Assembly (NCBI RefSeq): GCF_006345805.1
Contig: NC_043007.1
Location: 67,146,001 to 67,210,000 of the forward strand
DNA: 64,000 nucleotides
Reading direction: 5' to 3'
DNA from: Octopus sinensis
Lineage: Eukaryota
The notes under the pieces were generated by a model. It did no database searches, was not told the DNA's origin, and saw only the letters and a list, made by a program, of their open reading frames with translations. Made by a program: the position numbers and the translations under genes. Below are positions 49,132 to 62,699 of this stretch, one piece after another (positions within the stretch are counted from its first letter, which is position 1; the number at the start of each line of letters is the position of its first letter).

Positions 49132-50308
49132 CAGGGGTTGGACAAAATAATGGAAGCAACTAGCATCATAGCATCATAATTTTGAAATATCTATAAAACC
49201 ATCAAAAGCTTGTTTATTTTTATGTTTTTTGATTTATTATTATTGTTGCTTAATATGTTTTGCTAAAATTGCTGTTTCTTTTCAGATGTAATTAAAATTC
49301 ATTAAAATGACAGATTCATTGGACTTTCAAAGAGATCAAATCGTTGGTGCTTGTATGGCAGGTGCTAGTGTAACAAAAACAGCTGAAATGTTTGGTGCAT
49401 CAAGAAGTACTGTCTCAAAAGTAATGACAGCCTTTGAAAAAGAGGGAAAAACTCCTTGTCAAAGAAAACTCCAAAAGAAAACCAAAATTTTCAGATAGTC
49501 AACCACCTCAAGAACCCAGTTTCCACAAAAACTGTTCACTGGGAGCTGCACAAAGCCAGATTTCACAGGAGGGCTGCAATCAGAAAACCACTACTTTCAA
49601 AAACAAACATTGCAAAGCGTTTAGAGTGGAATAAAAACCTACAGAATTGGTCCCTAGAGCAGTGAAAGAATATTATTTTCTTAGACAAGTCATCCTTTAC
49701 CTTATTTCCGGCCATTGGCCGAGTATACATGTGGAAACAGCCAAAAGAAGCATTTGACTCAGACTGCCTTCTTCCAACTGTTAAACATGGAGGAGGATCC
49801 GTGATGATCTGGTGGAGCTATATCTTGGAAATCCGCTGGCCCAATAGTTTCCCTTCATGGTAGAATTAATAGTTAAGACTATTTAAGCATTTTATCTGAT
49901 CAAATTCATCCTAAGGTTGCAGAACTGTTTCCGGAAGGAAACGCAATCTTTCAGGATGATAATGCACCAATTCACAATTCACACCAATAAAGTTGTTACT
50001 CAATGGCACAAGGAACATTCTAGTGAAATTGAACATCTTATCTGGCCACCACAGTCCCCAGATCTTAATATTATTGAACATTTATGGTGCATTTTAGAAA
50101 AACAAGTAAGGATTCAATATCCTCCACCATCATCACTACAAGAACAGGAGACTGTTTTAGCTGACGAATGAACAAAAATTCCTTTGGAAACAATTCAAAC
50201 TTCGTACACAGAAGTCAAGCTGTAATACTACCAAAAGCAGTCCTACCCCTTATTAAAATTAATTTGTTTGAAATTTTAAGGTGTTTCCATTATTTTGTCC
50301 AACCCCTG
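49132..50308 (+). mobile_element. Degenerate Tc1-like DNA transposon (DD36E spacing), 1177 bp
   Basis: TIRs caggggttggacaaaataatggaa at both ends, TA target duplication. Broken transposase with HTH (GASVTKTAEMFGASRSTVSKV), KHGGGSVMIW, FQDDNAPIH and WPPQSPDLNIIEHLW; stops, frameshifts and an internal deletion. Confidence 0.93.
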
Positions 50309-51717
50309 TAGTTTAGGCAAATTATGACATAACTATTATTGAAATAACTGTTTTTATAATCAGATATCCTTTCTGCTGCTACCATTCAAATATCAATAGC
50401 AAGGGTTACCAGTTGTCAGCCAAACTAATACGTTTTCTGCAGGTGTATAATACAATAACAGTATCAAAGGTTTCATTGCATTGTTTTAATAGAATCACTG
50501 AGCCTTTATCATCTGAAAGATCTCTTAATGAATTTAAAACTCATTCCCAGCTCATGTTGTTAACTAGCTCATTCATATGGGAACTAAGCAGAATGTCTCA
50601 TTACTTGTTTTTGGTACTTAAATTTTGTTACAATTTATATATGGCACAATGACACACGCATGATTTCAAACAAAATTGAATGAAGTGTTGGATCTCTGAA
50701 GCTCCAGAAATGCAGCCTACATTTATACCACAGACAGCTCTTGCATTTTTCAATTTAGACACTAACTAAAGGTAAATAGCAAGTCAACTTAACCACAGGA
50801 GGTCACATAACCTCTAAATGGGATGTACCACGTGTGCATGTGCCTGCCTGCGTGTGTGCCCGTCCGTGTGCACGCGTGCCCACCCGTGTGTGCCAGTGTG
50901 TATGTATGTCCATGTGTGTTCTGGTAGTTGATTACCATTTACTGACAACTTTTTGCAAGATATTGATATGCAGGAATGTCTACAAATGTGCATTCATGTT
51001 GGTCATGCAACCATTCTAAATTACATAATTTGTTGTTTGCACTTATTTTACCAGTACCAAGAGAAATGTGAAGTAAAATCAAAAAACTCTAATCAGTGAC
51101 AAGAGTTATCAGTTAACTCCTGTTGCTGATTAGAGTTAACATTTTGAGTAAACACGACCAAGTCATCTTCCTGCTATCTTCTCCATTATTTTGAAAGACC
51201 AAAGATCATCTGCCATGCAAACCCACATACTTTTGTTAGAACCGCACTCACAAACTTTGTTGTAACATATGATGTTTGAATGCCATGTTGTGCCACCAAT
51301 CAACAGAATAGGTATTTAATTAGCATTAATGGTGCTTAATAATTTAAAATAAATTATCTTTAATTATTAATCAATTTTCAATGTGTAAATTATTTATTAG
51401 TTAACTATTTACAATATTACTTATTTTAGCCAAAATATATGCTTGTGTATAAAAATATACATCATCTGACAATATTCAGAGATGTGACAACTGGATTTGT
51501 GTCATTAAAAAGCATAAAAGAGATCAAGTCCAATTGGCTCTTAATAAAATTAATTAGTGTTAAACATACAGCAGACAAAACACAAAAGTTGAAATGAGAT
51601 ACTTCAACTCAATGCCCCCAATATGCATTCCCTCTCTTCTTCCCTCTATTTATTTTAATGTTTTATAATTGCTAACTCAATTTATCTAATTTACTGATAG
51701 CTATTTTATCAGCTTCA

Positions 51718-52080
51718 AGGCGCAGGAGTGGCTGTATGGTAAGTAGCTTGCTTACCAACCACATGGTTCCGTGTTCATTCCCACTGCATGGTACCTTGAG
51801 CAAGTGTCTTCTACTATAGCCTCAGGCCGACCAAAGCCTTGTGAGTGGATTTGGTAAACAGAAACTGAAAGAAGCCCGTCGTATGATGATATATGTATGT
51901 GTGTCTGTGTTTGTCCCCCCCCCCCAACATCGCTTGACAACTTAGCAGTTTGGCAAAAGAGAACGCTAAAATAAGTACTAGGCTTCCAAAGAATAAGTCC
52001 TGGGGTCGATTTGCTCGACTAAAGGTAGTGCTCCAGCATGGCCACAGTCAAATGACTGAAACATGTAAAAAGAGTAAAAA
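51718..52080 (+). mobile_element. tRNA-derived SINE, same family
   Basis: Same head and tail motifs as 47822-48265. Confidence 0.8.
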
Positions 52081-52425
52081 AGGATGTGCAAAGTAAAAAT
52101 TAACATCCCATAAAATTTGAACTGACAAAAAGAGAAACAGCAAAATAAATCTTTAATCCACTGTTCTCCTAAACCCTTAGAAATAAAGACAAAAATTATT
52201 GAAAATCTAAAATTAAGTGAAACACATCCAATTAAAGTAATTCACAACAAACAGATTAACAATTTTCTGCCTTGTTTCCATATATTCTCAACATTTGCCA
52301 ATAAACATAATGAGCCAACAAGTGAACCACTATATGGTTACACAATTTACTAGAGATGACAAACATTTCCCATGAATCATATCCCAACCATTTTAAATTC
52401 ACTGTTTCAATAACAAGTGATTATA

Positions 52426-52638
52426 GATGCAGGAGTGGCTGTATGGTAAGTAGCTTGCTTACCAACCACATGGTTCCGGGTTCAGTCCCACTACGTGGCA
52501 TCTTGGCCAATTGTCTTCTACTACTATAGCCTTGGGTCCGACCAAAGCCTTGTAGTGGATTTGGTTGACAGAAACTGAAAGAAGCCCATCGTATATATGT
52601 ATATATATATATCATCATCATCATCGTTTAGCGTCCGA

Positions 52639-52700
<62 letters not shown>

Positions 52701-52925
52701 GTGTGTGTGTAGGTTTATGTGTTTGTGTTTGTCCCCCTAGCATTGCTTGTCAACCAATGCTGGTGTGTTTATGTCCCCGTCACTTAGCGGTTTGGCAAAA
52801 GAGACCAATAGAATAAGTACTAGGCTTACAAAGAATAAGTCCTGGGGTCGATTTGCTCGACTAAAGGCAGTGCTCCAGCATGGCCACAGTCAAATGACTG
52901 AAACAAGTAAAAGAGTAAAAGAGAG
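52426..52925 (+). mobile_element. tRNA-derived SINE, same family, expanded TA tract
   Basis: Very similar to 51718-52080. Confidence 0.8.
52642..52696. repeat. (TA)n microsatellite (others near 8996, 22155, 22332, 22631, 32277)
   Basis: Direct reading. Confidence 0.95.
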
Positions 52926-53769
52926 TATATCCATGGCTGGGACAAGTTTGGTCAGCTACCATACTATTGTTAATGATATAATTTTGCTCACCAAGAACCT
53001 CTCTGGCATTGGTATAATGAGAAAATGCATCCAGTACACTTTGTAAAGTGGTTGGCAACAGAAAGGATCTCCAGTCATAGAAACCAACTAAATGGCATGT
53101 GTGAGCACCTAGTCTTTGGAAACAGTAGCTCCCAATGAGAGGTGACTCAAACTACGATGACCTATCGAACTCACACTAGCTGGAAAATAGACATAAAATG
53201 ATGACAAATAGAAGACACTACCCTAAAAATGCAGGCTTTCAAATTAAAAAAAAAAAAACATGAAACATAACATAATAAATGTGTACATGTGCACCTCATC
53301 ACTCCACCCAGTTACACACCCAACTACAACACAAATACTCTCAGAAAGAACATCATGGGAGGCAGGGGTGCTTCAACAAGCAATAAGCCCAACACCTCTT
53401 GGTTTCAACCGATACAGATAACAAGAAGTACTATCACAACTTCTTTCATATACTAAGTAAATCACACAAAACACAGGCCTCACCAAATCAACTACAATAA
53501 CTCTTCCCCAGACATCACTTTCGATTCATACACCAAACTACTACAATCACTTAGTAAACAACTTTCCTCAGACCACCAATTATCATTACAAGACACTTGC
53601 ACAATCAATGAAGAATGCAAAATACCAACTTCAAAAAGTCACAATGAAACAAGTTCCATGAAGAAATGAACATCAAGACTTTCAGAATTCAACAATGCCA
53701 CGACAAAATTGTAGACACGTGAATAGAACAACACAAGGTAAAAAAAATACAATCCACATTATACACGCT

Positions 53770-56040
53770 CAAATGGTACTTTTTACATGCCACCAGCATG
53801 GGAGCTAGTCAGGCGGCACTGGCAATGACCAAGCTTGAATGATGCTGTTTACATGCCACCGGTACAAGTACCAATCAGGCAGTACTGGCATCAGCCACAA
53901 CAATGACTTCTTTTGACTCAACAGGTCTTCTCAAGTGCAGTTTATTGCCCAATGATTAAATGGGCCAGTTATGCTGCACTGGCATAGGCCACGGTTACTG
54001 TCTAACTTGGCTTGCCGAGTCTTCTCAAGTGCAGCACATCTCCAAAGGTTTTGGTCACTTGTCATCTCCTTTGTGAGGCCCAACATTCGAAGATCATGCT
54101 TCACACCTCATCTCAGGTCTTCCTGGGTCTACCTCTTTCACAGGTTCCCTCTACTGCTAGGGTGTGACACTTTTTCACACAGCTGTCCTCATCCATACAC
54201 AACACATGACCATACCAGTGTAGTCGTCTCTCTTGCACACCACATCTGATGCTTTTTAGGTCCAACTTTTCTCTCAGGGTGCTTACACTGTCGTGTATGC
54301 ACACTGACATTACACATCCAGTGGAGCATACTAACTTCATTTCTTGCAAGCTTACACATGTCCTCAGCAGCTTTACTATAGCATGACTGTTCACACACAA
54401 GCATCATACAGTCTACCTTTTACTCTGAGTGAGAGGCCCTTTGTCACCAGCAGAGGTAGGAGCTCTCTGAACTTTACCCAGGCTATTCTTATTCTAGCAG
54501 TTACACTCAGAGCATCCACCTTGGTCACCTAGGTAGCAGAATCTATCAACTACTACTAGTTTTTCCCCCTGGCATGCGTTTATTGCCCTTGAGCATTTGC
54601 CACACACAAAAACTATCTTTTCAGTTAGCCTTCCTTTGATATTGCTGCACCTCTTATGTGTCCAGAACTTACACCAGGTACATCTTATGTTGTTTCTACC
54701 TACACCTTTTCTACAGATCAGGCAGGGCTAGCCACCTGGAGGGATTTGTGATTTGTCTGCCTTTCTACTTACTAAGATTTTGGTTTTTGTTAGGTTAATT
54801 CTAAGGCCCTTCAATTCTAGACCTTGCTTTTACACTTGAAACTTCTCTAGTTCTGATAGTGACTCGGCTATTAGAGCAAGGTCATCAGCATAGAGAAGCT
54901 CCAAGGGCAGCCTATCTTGAATTCCTCTGTTATTGTCTGGAGGAGTATGATGAATAAGAGGGGGTTGAAGACTGATCCTTGGTAGACCCCTACACCTACC
55001 CAGAATTCTTCACTATACTCATTGCCAACCTTCATCTTACTGACAGCATCCCTGTACGTGGCTTGTACAGCTCTCACTAACCACTCATCTATCCCTAGTT
55101 TCCACATTGACCACCAGATAAGGGATCAGGGGACCCTGTCAAAGGCTTTCTCCATGTCAACGAAAGCCAGGTACAGAGGTTTATCTTTGGTTAGGTATTT
55201 CTCCTGCAGCTGTCTTAACAGAAATATAGCTCCAGTGGTGCTTTTCCCTGACACAAACCTAAACTGCATCTCGTCTAAACTAACTCTCCCTAATTAGTTG
55301 AGCTATGACTCTCTTCATGACTTTCATTACCTGATCCAGCAATTTGATACCTCTGTAATTATTTGTATCTAATACATCACCTTTACCTTTGTAACAGTTG
55401 TCTATGGTGCTATTACACCAGTCATTGGGTATGACTCCATGTATCACCTGATTGACTGTAGGGGTGACTAGAGTATAGCCAACACCACCAGATATTTTAA
55501 GTATCCCTGCAGTGATTCCTGATGGGCCAAGGGCTCTCCCTGTCTTCATACCCTTAACTGCTTTATCTACCAAGGTACTGTCAATTCAGATAGCTGGTCC
55601 ATCTGTTGGGTTGAGATTCAGCAGACTCTCTTCCATTCATTCATTCTCTTCATTTAGCAATCTTTCATAGTGGCATCTCCAAGTCTCTCTCTTTGCAGCC
55701 TTATTAAATGCAAGTGAGCCATCATCCATGCGGACACATTTCTCTCCTATGTCATCACAATTCTCTCTCACACACTGTCTTGCAACAGAAAGTACTTCAA
55801 GTCTTTAGTCCTCATAACGCAGAACATTGGCAAATTTTTTCTTATCTGCTTCCCCTCTAGCTAAGTAAACCTGTCTCCTAGCTTCCCTTCTGGCAATCTG
55901 ATACAATTCCCTTCTACCACCATTCTTCCAGTCCTTCCATGCCTATTTCTTTTCCCTAATGGCCCTGTCAACTACATTGTTCCAAGAAGGGATTTTGCAC
56001 CATCCACAGATCTGATTAGTAGGCTCACAAACCCATTTTG
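53770..56040 (-). mobile_element. Decayed RTE-clade LINE (RT region and 3' UTR)
   Basis: ORF fragments KAVKGMKTGRALGPSGIT, NYRGIKLLDQVMKV, GVYQGSVFNPLLF, RRLHWYGHV, RGRPRKT; many stops and frameshifts. Confidence 0.88.
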
Positions 56041-56639
56041 GTAAGTGCAATGAGGGAATCACTGCATTCACTAACAACTACAACTTGTACCAATACTGTG
56101 AAATTCCAAGTATTTGGAAACTGAGGAATATAATTCTAAAGAAACAAAAAGCCCAAGTTTAGTAACATCATACAAACCTATCACCCTCCCAATACAAACC
56201 CTCAAAAATTCTAAAAAGGCTAATATTTGACATTATTTACCCACACATCTACCTCTCCAAATCCTAACACAGATTCAGACCCCCAAAAACAGAAAATAAA
56301 AGCTAGTTTCTACAACAAAAAACCCTTTGCAAATACTGTTCTTAATACTATCAACACCAGCAAATTTTCAATTCTATTCTTTACTAGCCACTCATACTAG
56401 CACTCAACACCACCTGAAGAAGTAGCACAAAATATTGGCCCCAAAGAACTAGTCAGACTTCCTGATGGCATCGCACAACCTCCCATTATTCTACTATATC
56501 ATACTATAGTACAACTATCTGGCTCTTCTGAGCAACCTGACTCTACAATAACAGATTTAAAGTAGCACCTACCAAACCCACTAACTCCCTTCCATCCAGC
56601 AACATTGGAAAACTTCAAATATAAATAATCTTGTTTTTC

Positions 56640-57410
56640 CTTGTAACAGCATTCGCCTGGGTGGGGTTAAGCCAGCTCCTATGCACATCAGTCAACGGTT
56701 GATCCTGCAGCGTGTTGAAGCCATTCCCAGTTCCTGCAATGAACACTTAAGACTCAAGGACTGGAAACAAGCTCCATATCTGCTTTGACTGTCGTGAGCC
56801 ACGTCTTCAACTAAACACCTCTCCACTCATGCCAACCTGGGGTAGGATCTGGTGCTACCACCTTCTAGATGAGTTTGTCATGGGGTCACTGCAATGCAGT
56901 GACCAAACCACCATAGTCTCCTCATCAGAAGAGTTCCCTCAAGAAGTGAGAGACTACAGTGAGCGTAAAGTTGTTGGTTTGAAAAGCAGTTTGAGATACA
57001 CAGTCAGAGAAGACAATAAATAAAGAAGTGATCAAAGAGCTCCAGCTTCTGGAGATCAGCAACACACATTGGCCAGGTCTCACAACCATAGAGGAGAACC
57101 ATTCAGATAAGTGCCTGGTAATTACATTTCCTAAAAGTCCCACCCTTGACCTCATCAGGTGGGAATGTTAAGTGAGTGTCAGAGGTATGCCGCTGGGGAC
57201 TTTGAGTCCCTGGTAAGGCAACCCAAGGCAAACAGGTCTAACACCTGCAGTGCTAGGGTCCCAACCCAGCTAACTGGAGTGCAATGGTGAACTCCAGTGG
57301 CTTCCTGGTGGCGCTCAATCGCATCTGAGGATAAACTGTGGCAAGAAGGCACAACACGAGGATGACTTTCCACCACTCATAAATGGTGGCTTACAAATAC
57401 AGATGGGAAC
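56640..57410 (-). mobile_element. Probable internally deleted RTE-type LINE of a different family
   Basis: GC-richer block; minus strand contains LKTWLTTVKADME resembling RTE C-termini. Family assignment is tentative. Confidence 0.4.
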
Positions 57411-59317
57411 TGTTTTCACAGACTGATCATCTCTTGAAACCCCTACGAACTCACAAGAAAACAACTCAAATACAAACAACCATCACATTCAATAACATGA
57501 ACATACATGCAAAAGACAAAAACACTAGGAATTATAAACAACACTTTTCGAACAGTCCCCATACACACAAAACACATTTACAATGCACAGAAAACATAAT
57601 AAAAAAAGCAAAACAACACCTGCATACTTAAAGCAATCACAAACACCCCATTTGGCCAATAGAATGAAACAATAACATGATGTACAAACAACATATTAGA
57701 TTTGTCATGGATTATGTCAGCCCTACCTGGTTCCCTAATCTCTCAACAACAAACTAGAATAAACTACAAAAATTTTAAAAAAACAGCACACTATATAGCA
57801 TAACAGGTTGTACATGCACCACACCCAAAAGCCTAAGTCATGAAACAAAAATCCAGAAAATTTCACTAAGATATTGGACAAGCAGAGGCTATGGGAGAAA
57901 ACACTTAGTCAAAGTGTTGTGTATGTGGAATTGAACAAAGAACCCTGTGGTTGCAAAGTATACTTCTAAACTACAGCCCTACTTGTGCCTATCACACATA
58001 GCTTCACAATAATAAATGCAATAAAGTATAAGGTCAAATGATATCATTAACACTGACCTCTCTACACAGCCAACTCAATAATGCTATTAAAAGTCAAGAA
58101 TAAATGTTTTCTATTTGTTCCAAACAACATTCTAAGCCGTATTCAAATCAACTTAACAATAAAGTTGACTTTATTCACTTAATTTGGTGTAATTTTTCTT
58201 GAATAATTTAAATTTTTGGAGGTGTAAATAGTTTTCTCTAAATACTTTAAAATAGTTTTCTTATCAGATTAAGCTACTAATGTGCATGCGCGTGCCTGTG
58301 TGTGTACATATACACCACTTGTGTTTACTTGCCTATGTATATGTTGAAGTATACATCTACATACATGGTCAATGAACTAGTATAAACATATTAATTGAAT
58401 ACTAAAATAAATATAGTGTTACCATAAATACTGCAAATGAAGCTTTGTGATATCTGCCACCTGGCAACAAAGACCTAATGTGTGAGAGAGAGACAGATAG
58501 AGGTACTGAAGAGGGCAAGGTCAGAGAAACAGATGGGAGAGAGTGAAGTAAAAGAGATAAATAAAAGAAGTAGAGGGGATGATAAGTGAAGAAGTGAGGG
58601 AAATGAGAGAGGAATGAAAGAGAGAGTAAGTATAACAAAATTCTTAATATTTACACTAGGAGTCAAGTGGAAACTTACTAACAGCCATCTTTAAAATAGC
58701 AGAAAACAATGGTTGAAGATAATCAGAAGATAATCAATAAGGCTAACCTATTCAAGCAATAGAGCTGCCATTTTGGCTACATAAACTGTGTTTTGTGCAA
58801 CTTTCCACACTATAGTGAAAAGACCATACTGCTCAACCACACATATTTGAAATCAATTTTTTCACTAATTTTTTGTTTCCTTATGTAGCAGTAGTGCAAG
58901 TGGTGGGTACACAGATTGTCTATGGGGGGTGTTTAGCAGATTGATGAAACCAGAACATAATACACGTAGGAATAATTGGTAGTAGAATTGGCTAAAGAAA
59001 ACCAGACTCGCTGGGAATGGCAAATAGATCTGTTCAGGAGAGTTCCATTGGGAGTTACTAGCAGAGGAATAATTTCAGGAAACTGTTACTAATATTGGCA
59101 CAAAGAGTATTTTTCTCTATATGAGTGAATAGGCAGTATAAAGTTTGTGCAAGAAATATGATTTTATATAGCAAGAGAACAGAGATAATAATTAGTGCAG
59201 AACACTTTCAGTAACCAAAGATAAATGTATTGAATATGTCTGATGAATGAGTAACATAGTTCAAGTAAAATGTTGAGTGAAATGAGGAAGAGGATGGGCA
59301 TCAGAGGCAAAGATCAA

Positions 59318-60329
59318 TCTATATACATAAATGGCAATTTCTGTCTGTCTGTGGCTGTATGTGTGTGCGAATTTGTAACTTTAACTCCTCTGAGACTACC
59401 CAACTGATCTTGATGAAACTTGACACATATGGAGGGCTTATACCTATGCAGTGACTTACTTGGAATTTAAAAAAAAATTTTTTTAATTGATAATTTTTAA
59501 TCAGCATCGATTTTTCAAAAATCAATAAGACATTTCAATGCAAATTCTCATATGAATGTTATTTTCTGCCATAACTTTTAAAGTTTTCAACCATTTTTCT
59601 TGAAATACACAGATGAAATATGCACTAAAGATGGGTTCAGACAAATTTTTTATCTAGGCCACTCAAGCAAAGCGCAAGATGATTTTTGATTAACTGACTA
59701 ACGAAATTTGGCCTAAATTGTTGCGGGGTTAAAATATTCAATTATTTCAGCATTCTCAGGTTGCTGTAACATGTATTTTCTTAACACCTGCACTTAAAAT
59801 TGTCAGTTCGAACCATTGCAATTGATATTTGATTCTCACGATCAGTGGAACTATACCCATGAAACAGTCATCGCACTTAAAATTTTCTCTTGGGTTGCAA
59901 GAGAATTCACCCCAAAATCGCCATTTTTGTATGCTTTTTTCCCCTCCTCATAGCATCTTACAACTCTTGTGACCTCCACATTGTCACCCCTGCACTCCAG
60001 CTATTTTTGTAAGAATAAAATCTCTTTTCTCTAAATAAATTTTGTTTACTTTTCAAACTTTTATGTTCTTTTTTTTTTTCATAGCATTTCTTTATAATTC
60101 CCTTCTTGGTGTTTCATTGATTATATATTTGCAGCTTTCCACTCATCTGACCAAACGATTGTCATTTTCCAATTCTACACTTATTTGTATTATTGTTTCA
60201 TGAATGAATTTGTTTACACCTATTATCTGTCCTATGTCTTAATTTCATTTTTCATCTGAGAGAAATTAGGAATTGTAATGGGTACTGGGAATATCTCCAC
60301 TCCCAGGTATTACCAGGCACCTCAGCTAG
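59318..60329 (+). mobile_element. Probable non-autonomous Helitron
   Basis: A|TC 5' end followed by ctgtctgtctgt tract; 3' end with degenerate GC hairpin (cccaggtattaccagg) and CTAG. The base after CTAG is A rather than the usual T. Confidence 0.45.
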
Positions 60330-60479
60330 AAAATATATGAGAGAGAGGGGGGAAATTTCTGACCTAATATGATCATACTGTACATAGAGGACTTTTGCAG
60401 GCTTTCTCAAACTAGTACAGTTGCTGCAATCAGTATTCAACTTGAACTTAGACTGCTGTCTGCAGGAAAATACAGGAAG

Positions 60480-61760
60480 AGAGACAATCCTAGAAGAACT
60501 GGAAAAAACTTTTAATAAGGGGTTTGGTAGATAATATACAATAGGAACAACAAGGAAAGGAAAATATGGGTGTTTTAAGTGGGATTAAATGATGGTAATA
60601 CAGGCAACCTAATTAAAAGGACTTGTGGGCAGTGGTTGTAACATGCTTGTAAGTGAATCTTTTAGGATACAGTCTCATACATTCATACAGATAGCAAGCA
60701 GCAGCACCTTGCTATATATTAGGGCAGTATTCCAATGTGGGTTGCATTGAGCTTTGTAGAGTGCTAACTTATCAGGGCCAAACAATTCTCTGGCCCTAAA
60801 AGTCTAGTCTCTGAGATGCAATTTTGGCAATGAGCAGACACTGTGAGATTTCATTACAGAAACCTAGCATTTCTAGCAACTTTCAAGGTTTTAGTTGTTG
60901 CTGAATAGGATGGATGAAATACAGTATTGTTTCCTTTGTCAGGGTAGTGAATGTGCATTGTTCCTGCTGAAGGAAATTAGGTTGTCATGTCTCAATTAGA
61001 GGGGGTTTTCCAGTTTTCTATTCATGGAAGTATTGCAAGTCTGGTTTAAGGTATTTAGGTTGAATGTTGATGACATATTTGCATTAGAAAGTCACAAGTA
61101 ACAGCAAGTAGATAATCAATATACAGAAGGATGAGCATGAGAACTAACTGTATGCTGAGTTACATGGGGGTTGATAGAATAGAGGTCAAAAACCCTTTTA
61201 AACATTAGCTGTAATCATAGGCTCCAAAAGAAAGCTTTCTAAACCAAGAAATGAGAGACTGATAGAGTCAGTAGACAAGTAACTTAATGGTTGACTGAAA
61301 CACAGTCAAAAGATTTGTGATGTCAATGCATCTTTTCACCAAGGTTCTCACAGATGATATCTCAAATATATTTCGGTGAAAATTATCAATAGTTACTGGA
61401 ACATGAGAAAAAGATTTAAGACAATGCAAGAGATTGTTACAACTATTTCAGTCACCTTCACAATGATAGAAGTGAGTGCAATTGGTGAAAGTTGATAGTA
61501 TCAGAGAGATTTCCATATGTAACATTATGACCTCAAAAAGATAGAGTTATGGAAAATGCACTGTCAAGAGCATTTAGAGAAGTGTATGCATTTGACAATG
61601 GCATGCATGTGATGGAGAGCAGGTAGAATTAAGAATGTGTGCAGACTTGAAGTGGAAAACAAAACAGGCAGAAATGTAGTGGCTTTATTTTCAGCATTAA
61701 CTGCCAATTCCATTACCATGCAGAATGGTACTTTTAAATTGGGTAATATTATAAGATTTT
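60480..61760 (-). mobile_element. Highly decayed CR1/Jockey-group LINE RT fragment
   Basis: Minus-strand remnants PIALTSIIVKV, frameshifted ALDITKSFDCV and LYKAQ...PTLEYC-like motif. Confidence 0.65.
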
Positions 61761-62699
61761 ATCTATATACCAGCTCAAAGAACTCAAGTGAGTAATCCAA
61801 TAATGTAATAAAAAAGATTGACAAGAGTAATAGAAAAAAAACAACCAGGCATTATGTCAAGTGTACATTCCTGTCCTGTCCTTGAGTTATCTGTTCGTCT
61901 ATGAGTTCAACCAGTAACATAATAACTAGTCCAAGTCAGATATAACAATACCATGGACAATATATGCAACTAAGAAACTTTAAAATTTGTATGTTTACTG
62001 AAAGACTGTGCATATTTTAAGTACTAAGAAAACATGAGAGAGAAAAACAAAAGTGGAATAAAAAGAAGATGGGAGACACGCAGAGAGCGAGAGAGAGAAG
62101 TAGCAATCATAGATGAGAGACAGCTCTAAAGAGTAGGAAAGTGGTCACAAATTGTAGGAGTTATGGTTTCAATTTACTAACATATCATTCCAACATTTAA
62201 TCTCACAACCAGCCAGAAATAGTAGCCAAATCTTTCACACTACACCAAGATAATTTTGTTTTGTCAAGGGGTTTTCTTGGTGCAGTAGGTATGCAACATG
62301 AATGATCCACTGGATAACTTAGACTTTCTTCACAAAAAAAAAAAAAAAAAACATGGATTTTGTACAGAAGAAATTATTTTGCTAAGTTTGCTCAATTAGA
62401 GCCAAACCTTTTTGCTCAATTAGAGCAACAGAAGCGGCAAAAAGAGAACACCTAGGTAGTCAGCTTCACCAGCTATGAATAGAAATTAATTCTCCCTCAT
62501 ATCAAACACTACCAGTTTGAACAATACTAGATATATTACACAATGCTACAAATATGTGATATAATAAAAAATGGGATGGTTACAATTAGAAAGCCTTTTA
62601 ACCACTAAAATTCTCAATCTGAACTGATTTGGGATTAAATAATAACTTTGGCAATAACAACAACAATAATAGCAATAACCACAGCAACAACATTCTCAA

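Noticed and set aside
50410-50512. Exon-like open segment (DDKGSVILLKQ...) with cag and GTAACC boundaries
   Set aside because: 103 nt, phase 1-2, would shift the frame before the 48684 exon; no homology.
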